Assembly (NCBI GenBank): GCA_036507075.1
Contig: DASXQR010000148.1
Location: forward strand, 1 to 42,993
Length of the DNA: 42,993 bases
Direction: 5' to 3'
Origin: Acidobacteriota bacterium
Lineage (GTDB): Bacteria > Acidobacteriota > UBA6911 > JACQSX01
A model generated the notes under the pieces. It had not been told where the DNA came from. It worked only from the letters and a program-made list of their open reading frames with translations, and did no database searches. The position numbers and the translations under genes were made by a program. Of this stretch, positions 27,115-36,731 are shown piece after piece. Within the stretch, counting starts at the first letter, position 1, and every line of letters begins with the position of its first letter.

Positions 27115-28313
27115 GAGATTACGCGTTCCGGTCGGATGAGCAGCTCCACTTCGTCCAGGATGCGGTCGGCCATCTCCGACTTACGCATGGATTCGAATTC
27201 CTTCCTGCTGCCATCGGCGCGCAACAGCAGCGCGCGATTGTAATCGGAACCAAAGCCCCACTCCGAGGAAGTAATATCGGTGGCGATGATCAAGTCCAGT
27301 TTCTTGCGACGCAACTTGCGGGCCGCGTTTTCCTCGAGAGACTCGGATTCGGCGGCGAATCCCACAACCGTCTGACCGGGCCGTCGGGGGAGGTCAGCCA
27401 GAATATCCTCTGTTATCTTCAGGCGCAGAACCAATTCACCTTCCCTCTTTATTTTTTGCGGCGAAGGCTCCACCGTGTAGTCTCCCACGGCAGCCGACAT
27501 TATCAGAGCATCCGCTGCGGGAAAGTGACGATAGACTTCCGCTTTCATTTCCGCAGCGCTGCGCACGGAAATTAACTGAACTCCGTGAGGCGCATCCAGG
27601 CGGGTGGGCCCGGAAATCAAAGTCACAGCAGCCCCGCGCGCCGCGGCCCGCCGCGCGAGCGCATACCCCATCTTTCCCGAGGAGCGGTTGGTCAAAAAAC
27701 GCACCGGATCGATGTCTTCACAAGTGGGACCGGCGGTCACCAGGACTCTGCGGCCCGCCAGTGACGTGCTTTGCGCCAGAACAGAGCAGGCCTGGGAGAT
27801 GATCTCGCCGATCTCCGCCAATCTTCCTTCTCCTTCGACCCCGCAGGCCAGGTAACCCGAATCGGGGTACACGATATGAACACCGCGCTCCCGAAGCTTC
27901 TCCAGGTTTTCCTGCGTGGCCGGATGCCTCCACATTTCCACATTCATCGCGGGAGCGACAACCACCGGACAGGTGACGGACAACTGGACCGTGGTGAGAA
28001 AGTCATCCGCCACGCCGTGGGCGAATTTCGCGATTGTGTTTGCGGTCGCAGGTGCGACCAGAAAGAGGTCCGACTGCCGTGCGACATTGATGTGCTCGAT
28101 GCCGCCGGTCGTCGCATGACCGAACATTTCCAGCCACACGCTCTTACCCGAGAGGCCTTCAAACGTGATCGGTCCGACAAATTCCGCGGCATGACGAGTC
28201 ATAACCACCTGCATCTCATGCCCCAGTTTCTGAAGCTCACGAAGAATGAAGGCAGCTTTGTATGCCCCAATGCAACCTGTCACACCCAGGAGAATACGCG
28301 CCATTGGTTTCAT
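27111..28313 (-). CDS. coaBC: Phosphopantothenoylcysteine decarboxylase / phosphopantothenate-cysteine ligase
   Basis: LLGVTGCIGAYKA, APATANTIAK, APAMN..MW, TAGPT.E.IDPVRFLTNRSSGKMG, VGFAAE. Confidence 0.97.
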   Translation of the reverse strand: MKPMARILLGVTGCIGAYKAAFILRELQKLGHEMQVVMTRHAAEFVGPITFEGLSGKSVWLEMFGHATTGGIEHINVARQSDLFLVAPATANTIAKFAHGVADDFLTTVQLSVTCPVVVAPAMNVEMWRHPATQENLEKLRERGVHIVYPDSGYLACGVEGEGRLAEIGEIISQACSVLAQSTSLAGRRVLVTAGPTCEDIDPVRFLTNRSSGKMGYALARRAAARGAAVTLISGPTRLDAPHGVQLISVRSAAEMKAEVYRHFPAADALIMSAAVGDYTVEPSPQKIKREGELVLRLKITEDILADLPRRPGQTVVGFAAESESLEENAARKLRRKKLDLIIATDITSSEWGFGSDYNRALLLRADGSRKEFESMRKSEMADRILDEVELLIRPERVIS

Positions 28314-28330
28314 TTACCCCCAGAAAGAAC

Positions 28331-28503
28331 CTGAACCGCCAAGAACGCCAAGAACGCTAAGATTTCTTTTTAAATCAGATAACACAGTCGCGCAGGGCTC
28401 GATAACAATTCTCTAACCTGGGAATCTTCTGCAGTCAGCAGATTGCCAAGACGAAATCAAAGTCTTGGCGCTCTTGGCGCTCTTGGCGTTCTTGGCGGTT
28501 CAG
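28331..28503. repeat. Inverted-repeat hairpin element, (CGCCAAGAN)n 9-mer family, copy 1
   Basis: ctgaaccgccaagaacgccaagaacgctaag / cttggcgctcttggcgctcttggcgttcttggcggttcag, between rpoZ and coaBC. Confidence 0.92.
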
Positions 28504-28514
28504 TCTTTTCAGGC

Positions 28515-28706
28515 CTACTCTTCCTCAGTAATCTCGAAGTTAATCAGCTTCTGCCCCACTTCCTGCATCGCAATATAGGTGGATTTGCGCGACTTTGTTT
28601 CAAGTCGGGCCCGAGCCCCGTTCTGCAACTGCTTGGCACGCTCTGCGGCCACCAGAATGTAACGAAATTTGCTGTCCATATTGTCAGGTAACTTTGTTGC
28701 CACCAT
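28515..28706 (-). CDS. rpoZ: RNA polymerase omega subunit
   Basis: DSKFRYILVAAERAKQLQNGA...K.TYIAMQEV; gmk-rpoZ-coaBC synteny. Confidence 0.93.
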   Translation of the reverse strand: MVATKLPDNMDSKFRYILVAAERAKQLQNGARARLETKSRKSTYIAMQEVGQKLINFEITEEE

Positions 28707-28724
28707 TATTTTTCGGCCTCCATA

Positions 28725-29351
28725 TCAATCGCCAAACGTCTTTAAGATCTCTTTTCCAACCCTGTCCATGCGTGAAATGCGGCTTCGGGCCGCCAGGACG
28801 ATGGCTTTCAGCCTCGCCACAGCGTCATCTATGTCCCAGTTCACGATAAGGTAATCGTACATTTTATAATCTTTAATCTCTTCACGGGCAATTTTTAGCC
28901 GGTTCAAAATCTGCTCGGCGTCGTCGAGCCCCCGTCCCCGGAGCCTCTTTTCAAGTTCCTGGTAGGAAGGAGGCATGACAAAGACCAGGATGGCGTCCTT
29001 TCGCTTTTCCCGGACCTTCCTTGCTCCCTTCACGTCGATGTCGAGGAGGACGTCCTGGTTTCTAGCAAGTGTTTGTTTTACAGGCACTTCCGCCGTTCCA
29101 TAGTAGTTCCCATAGACATTTTCCCACTCCAGGAACTCATTGCGGTCGATCATCTGCCGGAACACCTCCCGGTCCACAAAGTGATATTCCCGACCCGACA
29201 CCTCATTGGGGCGCGGCGGCCGAGTCGTATAAGAGACCGAAAAGGTCAAGTAAGGAACCTCATGGATCAGGCGATTGGCAAGCGAGGTTTTGCCCGACCC
29301 GGACGGAGCTGAAATCACAAAGAGGTTCCCCGCGAGCGCTTCATTCGACAT
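28725..29351 (-). CDS. gmk: Guanylate kinase
   Basis: ISAPSGSGKTSL, SVSYTTRPPRPNE..GREYHFV, GNYYGT, LDIDVKGA. Confidence 0.97.
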   Translation of the reverse strand: MSNEALAGNLFVISAPSGSGKTSLANRLIHEVPYLTFSVSYTTRPPRPNEVSGREYHFVDREVFRQMIDRNEFLEWENVYGNYYGTAEVPVKQTLARNQDVLLDIDVKGARKVREKRKDAILVFVMPPSYQELEKRLRGRGLDDAEQILNRLKIAREEIKDYKMYDYLIVNWDIDDAVARLKAIVLAARSRISRMDRVGKEILKTFGD

Positions 29352-30222
29352 TCTGCACCTGCTCTCTGAGCTTCTCGACTTCAGCTTTAAGCAGAACCCC
29401 CAGCTCAGAGATTTTGTGATGCAAACTTTTTGAAAGGATAGTGTTGGATTCCCGATTCATCTCCTGAAGAAGAAAATCCAGCTTCTTGCCTACTTCCCTG
29501 CCCTGGGTGACCAGGTCTCGAAACTGCCCGAAGTGGCTGCGCAGCCTCGTGATTTCCTCCGTGATATCTCCGCGCTCCGCAAACATGACAACTTCCTGGC
29601 TGATCCTGTCGTGATCGATATGAACCGAATCCAGATGTTCCTGAAGCCGTTGTCCCAGCCGGTCCCGGAACGCCTGTTTGCCGGGCTCGATGTAAGATTC
29701 AATGCCGCTCAACAGTTTCTGCGATTCGTCCAGTCGAGTGAGGAGCTCTTCGGCCAGCAGCCGGCCTTCCTCGATGCGCATCTGATTGACCGCAGCCAGC
29801 GTCTGTGAAAGTCCGCCGCGCATCTGCTGTTGAAAGTTTTCCGCGTCGCGCGAAAATGACGGGGTGCGAAGCTCGAGTACCCCGGGAAGCTGCAGCACCG
29901 TCCCGAAGGTCAGCTCGCCGTCAATCCGAAACTCTTCCTTTAACGCGTCTGCAAGCGCTTTGTACGAAGCGACGACTTCGCGGTTGATCTGGTACAGTCC
30001 CGCCTCGGTGGTCTGCAGGTTGACAAACACTTCCACCCGGCCGCGAATCACCTGCTCTTTCACCACAGACCTGACAAACATCTCCAGGTGCTGCAGCTCC
30101 TTGGGAAGACGGACATTGATATCCAGGAAGCGGCTGTTGAAGGTTTTGATTTCCAGGGTGATGCGGTAATCAGGGCCTGAGAATTCACTCTGGCCGAAAC
30201 CGGTCATGCTGCGCAGAGCCAT
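29341..30222 (-). CDS. yicC: YicC/YloC family endoribonuclease
   Basis: SMTGFG, N.RFLD, RGRVEV, DITEEITRL.SH, GKKLDFLLQEMNRE.NTI.SK, EKLREQVQNVE. Confidence 0.95.
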   Translation of the reverse strand: MALRSMTGFGQSEFSGPDYRITLEIKTFNSRFLDINVRLPKELQHLEMFVRSVVKEQVIRGRVEVFVNLQTTEAGLYQINREVVASYKALADALKEEFRIDGELTFGTVLQLPGVLELRTPSFSRDAENFQQQMRGGLSQTLAAVNQMRIEEGRLLAEELLTRLDESQKLLSGIESYIEPGKQAFRDRLGQRLQEHLDSVHIDHDRISQEVVMFAERGDITEEITRLRSHFGQFRDLVTQGREVGKKLDFLLQEMNRESNTILSKSLHHKISELGVLLKAEVEKLREQVQNVE

Positions 30223-30228
30223 GGTGTG

Positions 30229-32055
30229 TTATTTTAGAAGATGCAGGGACTTTAAGGCCGGAATGCTGCCATCGTCAACATCGTGGAACTGCATCCGGTA
30301 AAGCCTCTTATACTGCCCATCCACGCCTACCAAATCATCGTGTGAGCCCTGCTCGATGATCTCGCCCTTTTCCAGCACGACGATCCGGTCGGCACGCCGA
30401 ACGGTTGAAAGTCGATGTGCGATCACCAGCGTAGTCCGGCCGCGCATCAAGTTTTGCAGCGCCATCTGCACGAGCTTTTCCGATTCGGTGTCCAGCGAAC
30501 TGGTGGCTTCGTCCAGAATGAGCACCGGCGCGTTCTTCAGCAGGGCCCGCGCGATAGCCATCCGCTGGCGCTGGCCTCCCGACAGGCGCTGGCCCCGCTC
30601 GCCGATCACCGTGTCATAACCGCCGGGAAGCTGGAGGACGAAATCATGGATCCAGGCCGCGCGCGCGGCCCGTTCGATCACTTCCTGCGAAATATCGCTG
30701 ATGCCGTAGGCGATGTTGTTCCTGACCGTGTCATTGAAGAGAAAAGTCTCCTGCGTCACGATGCTGACCTGGCTGCGCAGGGAGGCGACGGTGACATCGC
30801 GAATATCAACGCCATCAAACGTTATTTTTCCCGTCGTCACATCATAGAAGCGGGGAATCAGGTTTACCAGAGTCGATTTGCCGGCGCCGCTGCTGCCTAC
30901 CAAAGCAATCATTTCTCCTGCTGAAATCTTGAGATTGATCTGCTTCAGGATCGGCTCGGACCGTTCTCCATCGCCATATTTGAACTCCACATTGCAAAAT
31001 TCAATCTCTTGCCGCAAAGGCTCAATCACCACGGCGTCGGGTTTGTCGCGGACCTCAAGATGAGTCTCCAGGAGATCAAAAATTCTGGAGGAAGAAGCAA
31101 AGGCCTGCTGCATGTGCAGGTGCAATTTGCTCAACCGCCGCAGCGGATCGTAGAGACGAAAGAGCGCAACCAGAAAAACCACGAAAGATCCGAGAGTGAG
31201 GGTCTGGTGGTTCATCTTTACCTGCGCGTAAATCAGCAGCGGAACAAATGCAAGGTAGCCCAGAAACTCCATCACAGGCGAATTCATGGCTGTTACAACG
31301 GTAGACCGCATGTTCGTGCGCATCAGGCTGCGGGTAGACCGCTGAAACTTCTGGTTTTCAAAATCCTCCATTCCGAATGCCTTCACCACGCGGATGCCGG
31401 TAATGGACTCCTGCAGGAGATTGGAGATGGAGGCGATCTTTTCCTGGCTGTTCCAACTGATCTTTCTCATTTTTCTGCCAAAAGTCCCGGTGAGCACGGC
31501 CACCAGGGGGGCCAGCACAAACGCGATAATGGCCAACTTCCAGTCCGTCCACAGTACGATGGAAAGAAAGACCAGCAGCAGAATTGCCTGCCGGAGAAGA
31601 TCGGCAAGCGTCTTGGAAACAGTCTCCTGGATTCTTTCCACGTCGGTAATCACGCGCGACATCAGCTTGCCGGTGGAAGTGCGATTGAAAAAACCGACGG
31701 ACTGATCCAGCAGATGAGCGTATAAGCGGTTTCGCAACTGCATGACAACCCGCTGTCCTGCGTAGCCCATCAGATATTCGGCAATGAAGAGGAAAACGCC
31801 TTTTAACAGGGAAAAGACAATCAACCAGATTGAGATCTGTACCAGGGTGATCCGGCCTAAATGAAGCCACCGATCCAGGAAGTGAAAGATTCCCGCGCCT
31901 CCGGAGCGCGTCCCCGGCAGAACATCGAAGATCGGCTGGAGCAAAACGGTGGTGAGGCCTTCCATTACTCCACTCAGCAGCAGGGACCCGAGCGCCAGCA
32001 CGAGCAGGCCAAGATTGGGCCGGATGTAAGGAAGGAGCTTCTTGAAATCTTTCAT
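30229..32055 (-). CDS. msbA: MsbA-like ABC exporter (permease + ATPase)
   Basis: Multi-helix transmembrane domain, GSSGAGKSTL Walker A, LSGGQRQR signature, LILDEATSSLD.ESE. Substrate assignment is by similarity only. Confidence 0.82.
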   Translation of the reverse strand: MKDFKKLLPYIRPNLGLLVLALGSLLLSGVMEGLTTVLLQPIFDVLPGTRSGGAGIFHFLDRWLHLGRITLVQISIWLIVFSLLKGVFLFIAEYLMGYAGQRVVMQLRNRLYAHLLDQSVGFFNRTSTGKLMSRVITDVERIQETVSKTLADLLRQAILLLVFLSIVLWTDWKLAIIAFVLAPLVAVLTGTFGRKMRKISWNSQEKIASISNLLQESITGIRVVKAFGMEDFENQKFQRSTRSLMRTNMRSTVVTAMNSPVMEFLGYLAFVPLLIYAQVKMNHQTLTLGSFVVFLVALFRLYDPLRRLSKLHLHMQQAFASSSRIFDLLETHLEVRDKPDAVVIEPLRQEIEFCNVEFKYGDGERSEPILKQINLKISAGEMIALVGSSGAGKSTLVNLIPRFYDVTTGKITFDGVDIRDVTVASLRSQVSIVTQETFLFNDTVRNNIAYGISDISQEVIERAARAAWIHDFVLQLPGGYDTVIGERGQRLSGGQRQRMAIARALLKNAPVLILDEATSSLDTESEKLVQMALQNLMRGRTTLVIAHRLSTVRRADRIVVLEKGEIIEQGSHDDLVGVDGQYKRLYRMQFHDVDDGSIPALKSLHLLK

Positions 32056-32089
32056 GCGACAGGGATTATAGCGGTTTCAGGAGGATTTT

Positions 32090-32302
32090 TCTGTGTCCTC
32101 TGTGCCTCTGTGGTAAAAAATAATCACCACAGAGGCTTAGCGCGGCGAAGCCGCAACCAAGAGTCAAGGAGAGACGGCCTGAGGGCCGTCTCTCTGCGGT
32201 GCCCTGCCAAGCTGAGACGGCCCTCAGGCCGTCTCTCCGCTCCCGAATGGTTTGCGCAGGCCGCGAAAATTCTCATGGGTAGTAGTACGGAGGGCACAGG
32301 GA
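32090..32302. mobile_element. Triple-nested element: CACAGAGG mini hairpin interrupted by a GCCGCAACCAA-ended insert that carries a REP doublet
   Basis: Host arms tctgtgtcctctgtgcctctgtggt (32090-32114) and accacagagg|gcacaggga; insert ~32136-32293 bounded by acagagg/acggagg; perfect 25-bp inverted pair at 32168-32192 and 32214-32238. Confidence 0.75.
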
Positions 32303-32362
32303 TCGGGCCTTGGCGGGAGAATTTTTTCACCCGTTTGGCCGCACAATTCGTACAATATAAAG

Positions 32363-32803
32363 ATGATCAGCAAGACCTTTAAATCACTTGCCGCCTTTGC
32401 CCTGGTTTGTTTTGTCTGCCCGGCAGTTTCCTCGATCGCGGCTGACGACGGCCAGACGCGCCATGAGCCGTTGAAGATCAGTTACACCGCCAAGGCTGTT
32501 TCCAGCGGCAAGTACACGGTGACTTTTAAGTTTGATCAAAACCCGCGCTACACCATTAACCTGAAACCCGAACCCAAGTTCGATCTGGTCAAAGGTGAAA
32601 ATTCGATCCTGAGCGGCGCCAAACTTGTGCCCGGCAACGTACCAAGAGAGGCCGGCTCGAACTATTACGGCAAGATCGAGCCGATCAATCTTGTCGTTCA
32701 GAAGATCGAAGGGCTTCAGGCGCGTTTCACTTACTTTTTCTGCTCAAAGAAAGACGGCTTCTGCGCGCGCAAGGTAGAGACCGTTGATGTCAAACTGCCA
32801 TAA
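32363..32803 (+). CDS. Secreted hypothetical protein, possibly DsbD N-terminal-like Ig fold with a C-terminal Cys pair
   Basis: Start re-called at ATG 32363; signal peptide MISKTFKSLAAFALVCFVCPAVSSIAA; C-terminal YFFCSKKDGFC. Confidence 0.6.
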   Translation: MISKTFKSLAAFALVCFVCPAVSSIAADDGQTRHEPLKISYTAKAVSSGKYTVTFKFDQNPRYTINLKPEPKFDLVKGENSILSGAKLVPGNVPREAGSNYYGKIEPINLVVQKIEGLQARFTYFFCSKKDGFCARKVETVDVKLP

Positions 32804-32814
32804 CGAAAAACTTT

Positions 32815-32968
32815 AACCGCCAAGAACGCCAAGAGCGCCAAGACCCTGATGGATCTATCCGATTCACATTGTCAAAGGGTCCAGACGAAGTAAATCCCGA
32901 CCATTCACCGGAGATCCCGTCAGACTAAGGTAATACTCTTGGCGCTCTTTGCGTTCTTGGCGGTTCAG
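32815..32968. repeat. Inverted-repeat hairpin element, (CGCCAAGAN)n family, copy 2
   Basis: aaccgccaagaacgccaagagcgccaag / cttggcgctctttgcgttcttggcggttcag; the terminal tca is the PHP gene stop. Confidence 0.92.
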
Positions 32969-33666
32969 GTCTTTTGCGGCTTCGAGGTTTGCAACCCGTG
33001 GAGTATCCGGTCCACCGCAAGCTGGCCGGTAATGCTTCCGATTTCGAGCCAGGTAAGGGGATTGCTGCGGATTTCAACGCGACCTTTTCGGATAGCGTCA
33101 CATACCGATTCTGCGGTCGGCTCAGAATCGACGAGTGAATAGGTCTTGCCAAGTTGTGACAGATGATGCACGTCCGAGTTTCCCACCACTCCTTTGCCGT
33201 TCGCTTGCGCCCACTTCCAGGCACGCCGGTTAAAGTCAATAGTGCGGGTATAGAAGTGGTTGATTTCCACCGCATCGAAAAGCTCGCGATAACGGTCCAA
33301 CAGTTCCCGAAGGCAGGAAGCACTTGGGTAGAAAGGATGCGGCGCAACTACCAGACCGTCGCAGCGGCTCTTTAGAACGGCAATTTCTTCAAAGCTGCGA
33401 ACCTGGGCCGCTTCCTCCGGGAAGTTGATCAGCAGGATGTGCTTGCCAAAGAGCGTTCTCTCCACTCCCGGCATTAGCAGCAGACCTCGGTCGCGGGCGT
33501 ATCCCTCCAGCCAGGATGATCTCAACTGGCGGTTGTGCAGCGTAATCGCCAGCACTTGATAGCCCAGGCCGGCCGCGCGGTCGATCAGGTCGGTTGCGCT
33601 ATGCGGAATGTGATCCTCGGGGTCATCGGAGGTATGCGTGTGCAGTTCAACTTTCAAAATCGCCAT
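32965..33666 (-). CDS. PHP domain metal-dependent phosphoesterase
   Basis: KVELHTHT, AITLHN, PGVE, HIL, APHPFYP, AVE, GNSDVH. Confidence 0.88.
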   Translation of the reverse strand: MAILKVELHTHTSDDPEDHIPHSATDLIDRAAGLGYQVLAITLHNRQLRSSWLEGYARDRGLLLMPGVERTLFGKHILLINFPEEAAQVRSFEEIAVLKSRCDGLVVAPHPFYPSASCLRELLDRYRELFDAVEINHFYTRTIDFNRRAWKWAQANGKGVVGNSDVHHLSQLGKTYSLVDSEPTAESVCDAIRKGRVEIRSNPLTWLEIGSITGQLAVDRILHGLQTSKPQKT

Positions 33667-33694
33667 TTCAACCAGATTCCATGATGAAAAATCT

Positions 33695-33781
33695 GAACCG
33701 CGAAGAACGCCAAGAGCGCAAAAGACCCTTAATGCAAGCTTGAGAGAAAAGTCTTGGCGTCCTTAGCGTTCTTGGCGGTTC
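33695..33781. repeat. Inverted-repeat hairpin element, (CGCCAAGAN)n family, copy 3 (short spacer)
   Basis: gaaccgcgaagaacgccaagagcgcaaaagac / gtcttggcgtccttagcgttcttggcggttc. Confidence 0.9.
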
Positions 33782-33791
33782 CATTCTTGGA

Positions 33792-35012
33792 TCAAAAGGC
33801 TTCCGACCAGGGACACAAGGGACGCGTTTCTTCGCGTTCCTTCCACTCCTTGTCAAAGTATACAAGCGCGGTTCCAAAACCTGACCGTGGTATGGAAAAT
33901 CTCAGGTCCTTGATGGAAACAACCCAGCCGTCGGACCGCTCCTTCCAATCCACAAAGGGATAGCGGGCAAAGCGCATCATTACTTTTCCGGAACAGGTCT
34001 GCAGCAGTTTCTCAAAAGGCAGGCCCTTTAGATTTTTTGAGACGATATGCACCGAAGGGACCCGGTTGTCGAACACATCAAATTGTCCGCTGTAATAGAA
34101 CTGCTGCGTGTCAAGGTAGAACGTCCACAGAAACGGGTTCCCGGCTACGGCAACAGCCGACAAGCGGGGCGGCGCGCTTTCATGCCAAAACCGTTGCCCT
34201 ACATCCGCGCGTAAATGCTGCAGGGCGCGCCGATGCAATTGCCAGCAGAAAATGTAATATGCCGAGAGGAGAACCAGTGATCCGATGGCGATCCGTTGCG
34301 ACAGGGCCGCAAGCCTCGGATGCAGTCGGCGCCGCAGCACCCACGCAATCGGTATCCAGGCAAACCAGGTCACTCGCACCACACGAAGCGGATCGACCGG
34401 CGCGCCTCGCCCGAACCACAGCACAAGCAGCGAAATCAGTCCCACGCCGATCGCCCAGAACAAGCTGCGCCGTAGGCCGCGACTGTGGACCCAGAACATC
34501 GCGGTCCCCAGGATAAGATAAATCCAGGGGTCGACGACGGCGATGAAATCGCCATAAATCCACCGCTGCGAAAACGGCCGGGCCGGTCGAACGCCGTAGG
34601 AATTGGTGTAATCAAGAAACAGGTGGCCCGCCGTGCCAATCAGCGACACAAATGCCAGATACCAGTACTTCTTTCCCCAGGGAACAGGCGCGCGCCTTAG
34701 GCTTCGACTCCATTTCAGAAACGGAAGCGGCAGTAAGAGAGCAAGCATCAAAATTCCCCAGAACGTATGCGTGTAGCCGCGGTGGTGCTCGAGATAAATG
34801 AGCCGCGCCGGAGTGGTAATGATGTCAATGTCGATGACATTGGCGGCAACGACCGACACCAGAGTGATCGCCGAGCGACATGAAGACACCGGCAGTGTCT
34901 CCGGCTGCGCAGAAGCTCCTCGCGCCGGCGCGAAAGGAGCCGGAGAAAGACCCCGATTCAAGCCAGCGTACGCCAGTGCGGCACCCAGAAGTGAGTGCGT
35001 GATGTTATCCAT
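33792..35012 (-). CDS. Membrane metal-dependent hydrolase (YdjM/YfhP-like)
   Basis: MDNITHSLLG, ANVIDID, HHRGYTHT, HLFLDYTNSYGVR, VVDPWI; several transmembrane segments; C-terminal FARYP...DLRF. Confidence 0.85.
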   Translation of the reverse strand: MDNITHSLLGAALAYAGLNRGLSPAPFAPARGASAQPETLPVSSCRSAITLVSVVAANVIDIDIITTPARLIYLEHHRGYTHTFWGILMLALLLPLPFLKWSRSLRRAPVPWGKKYWYLAFVSLIGTAGHLFLDYTNSYGVRPARPFSQRWIYGDFIAVVDPWIYLILGTAMFWVHSRGLRRSLFWAIGVGLISLLVLWFGRGAPVDPLRVVRVTWFAWIPIAWVLRRRLHPRLAALSQRIAIGSLVLLSAYYIFCWQLHRRALQHLRADVGQRFWHESAPPRLSAVAVAGNPFLWTFYLDTQQFYYSGQFDVFDNRVPSVHIVSKNLKGLPFEKLLQTCSGKVMMRFARYPFVDWKERSDGWVVSIKDLRFSIPRSGFGTALVYFDKEWKEREETRPLCPWSEAF

Positions 35013-35145
35013 AGTCGGAATTCAAAAGGAGCTGCGCTTCGAAGCGAGTCACGGTGGCCCGGGCTACCGGTCGATATTAAAAAAACCAATCATTAAAACC
35101 ATTTAAGATAACTTACCTCGACTTTACTTTGGTCGTGTTTGGCTG

Positions 35146-35175
35146 CTGACAAGTCTGAAATAAGGCTGATATACT
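35146..35175 (+). promoter_or_regulatory. Sigma70-type promoter of guaA-dnaE
   Basis: CTGACA-N18-TATACT with an extended TG; the ATG follows 9 nt after the -10. Confidence 0.55.
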
Positions 35176-35184
35176 CGGTTGAGG

Positions 35185-36726
35185 ATGCCAGCGGGACACG
35201 AGACAATCATTATTTTTGACTTCGGTTCGCAGTACACCCAATTGATTGCCCGCCGTGTCCGGGAAGCGGGAGTTTACAGCGAAATCCATCCTTATAACAG
35301 CCCGCTGGAAACCTTCCAAAACAAAAACATCAAAGGTTTCATTCTTTCCGGGGGACCGGATTCCGTCTACCAGGCAAACGCACCCAAAGGCGATCCGCGA
35401 ATTTTCGCCGACTCGGTCCCCGTGCTCGGAATCTGCTATGGGCTGCAGTGGATGGCTCACGATCAGGGCGGAGAGATCGGGCGCGGCAAGCGGCGCGAAT
35501 TTGGCCGGGCAGAACTGAACATTTTGAAGCCCAGCCTGTTGTTCGATTCCCTGCCATCCAGGTTCAACGTTTGGATGAGCCATGGTGACCATGTCGAATC
35601 GCTCCCTCCCGGTTATGATGTTTTGGCCCAGACCGGAGACATCATTTCCGCAGCCCAGCATCGAGAACGGCCGCTTTACGGAATCCAGTTCCATCCCGAA
35701 GTCGTCCACAGCGAAAACGGAGCTCAGATTTTAAGGAACTTCCTCTTTAAGGTTTGCACCTGTACGGCCGATTGGACCGTGGGCTCCTACATCGACCAGG
35801 CGGTCGGAAATATCCGTTCGACAGTCGGCTCGGGCCGGGCCGTCTGCGCATTGAGCGGCGGCGTCGATTCCACGGTGGCAGCAGTGCTCGTCGATCGGGC
35901 CATCGGCGATCGACTTATCTGCGTGTTCGTCGACAACGGATTGCTGCGTAAAAATGAGTCCGAAGAAGTCTTGCAGCGATTTCGCGACAAGCTGAAGTTG
36001 AATGTCATCGGAATCGACGCGCGCGCGAACTTTTTGTCCAGACTCGAAGGGGTTTCCGATCCCGAGGAGAAGCGCAGAATCATCGGAGAGGAATTTATCC
36101 GCATCTTCGAGCGCGAATCAAACAAGCTTGGAAACGTGGACTTCCTCGTTCAGGGGACTCTCTACCCGGACGTGATTGAATCGGTTTCCGTGCGTGGACC
36201 TTCGGTCGTGATTAAGACCCATCACAATGTGGGCGGTTTGCCCGAAAAGATGGACCTGAAGCTCATCGAGCCGCTGCGGGAACTGTTCAAAGACGAGGTA
36301 CGCCAGGTGGGACGCGAGCTTGGTTTGGATGCCGAATTGCTTCAGCGACAGCCGTTTCCCGGCCCCGGTCTCGCCGTCCGGGTTCTCGGTCCCGTTTCCG
36401 AAGAGCGACTGCACATTCTCAGGGAAGCCGACAAAATTGTAGATCAGGAAATTCGGGCGGCCGGTCTGTATGAAGAAATCTGGCAGTCTTTCGCGGTGTT
36501 GCTTCCCGTCAGCAGCGTTGGAGTGATGGGCGATTATCGTACATATGAAAATGTCATCGCGGTGCGCGCCGTGCACAGCCAGGACGGAATGACCGCAGAC
36601 TGGGTCCACCTGCCCTATCCACTGCTTTCCCGATTGTCGAGCCGAATCGTAAACGAAGTGCGCGGAGTGAACCGGGTCGTGTACGACATCAGCTCCAAAC
36701 CCCCCAGCACGATTGAATGGGAGTGA
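35185..36726 (+). CDS. guaA: GMP synthase (glutamine-hydrolyzing)
   Basis: [64 protein letters not shown]. Confidence 0.98.
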   Translation: MPAGHETIIIFDFGSQYTQLIARRVREAGVYSEIHPYNSPLETFQNKNIKGFILSGGPDSVYQANAPKGDPRIFADSVPVLGICYGLQWMAHDQGGEIGRGKRREFGRAELNILKPSLLFDSLPSRFNVWMSHGDHVESLPPGYDVLAQTGDIISAAQHRERPLYGIQFHPEVVHSENGAQILRNFLFKVCTCTADWTVGSYIDQAVGNIRSTVGSGRAVCALSGGVDSTVAAVLVDRAIGDRLICVFVDNGLLRKNESEEVLQRFRDKLKLNVIGIDARANFLSRLEGVSDPEEKRRIIGEEFIRIFERESNKLGNVDFLVQGTLYPDVIESVSVRGPSVVIKTHHNVGGLPEKMDLKLIEPLRELFKDEVRQVGRELGLDAELLQRQPFPGPGLAVRVLGPVSEERLHILREADKIVDQEIRAAGLYEEIWQSFAVLLPVSSVGVMGDYRTYENVIAVRAVHSQDGMTADWVHLPYPLLSRLSSRIVNEVRGVNRVVYDISSKPPSTIEWE

Positions 36727-36731
36727 ATGGG

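Noticed and set aside
35013..35184. Purine riboswitch or structured leader upstream of guaA (small palindromes cgcttcgaagcg and cggtggcccgggctaccg)
   Set aside because: No purine-riboswitch consensus is recognisable, and the palindromes lie upstream of the likely promoter.
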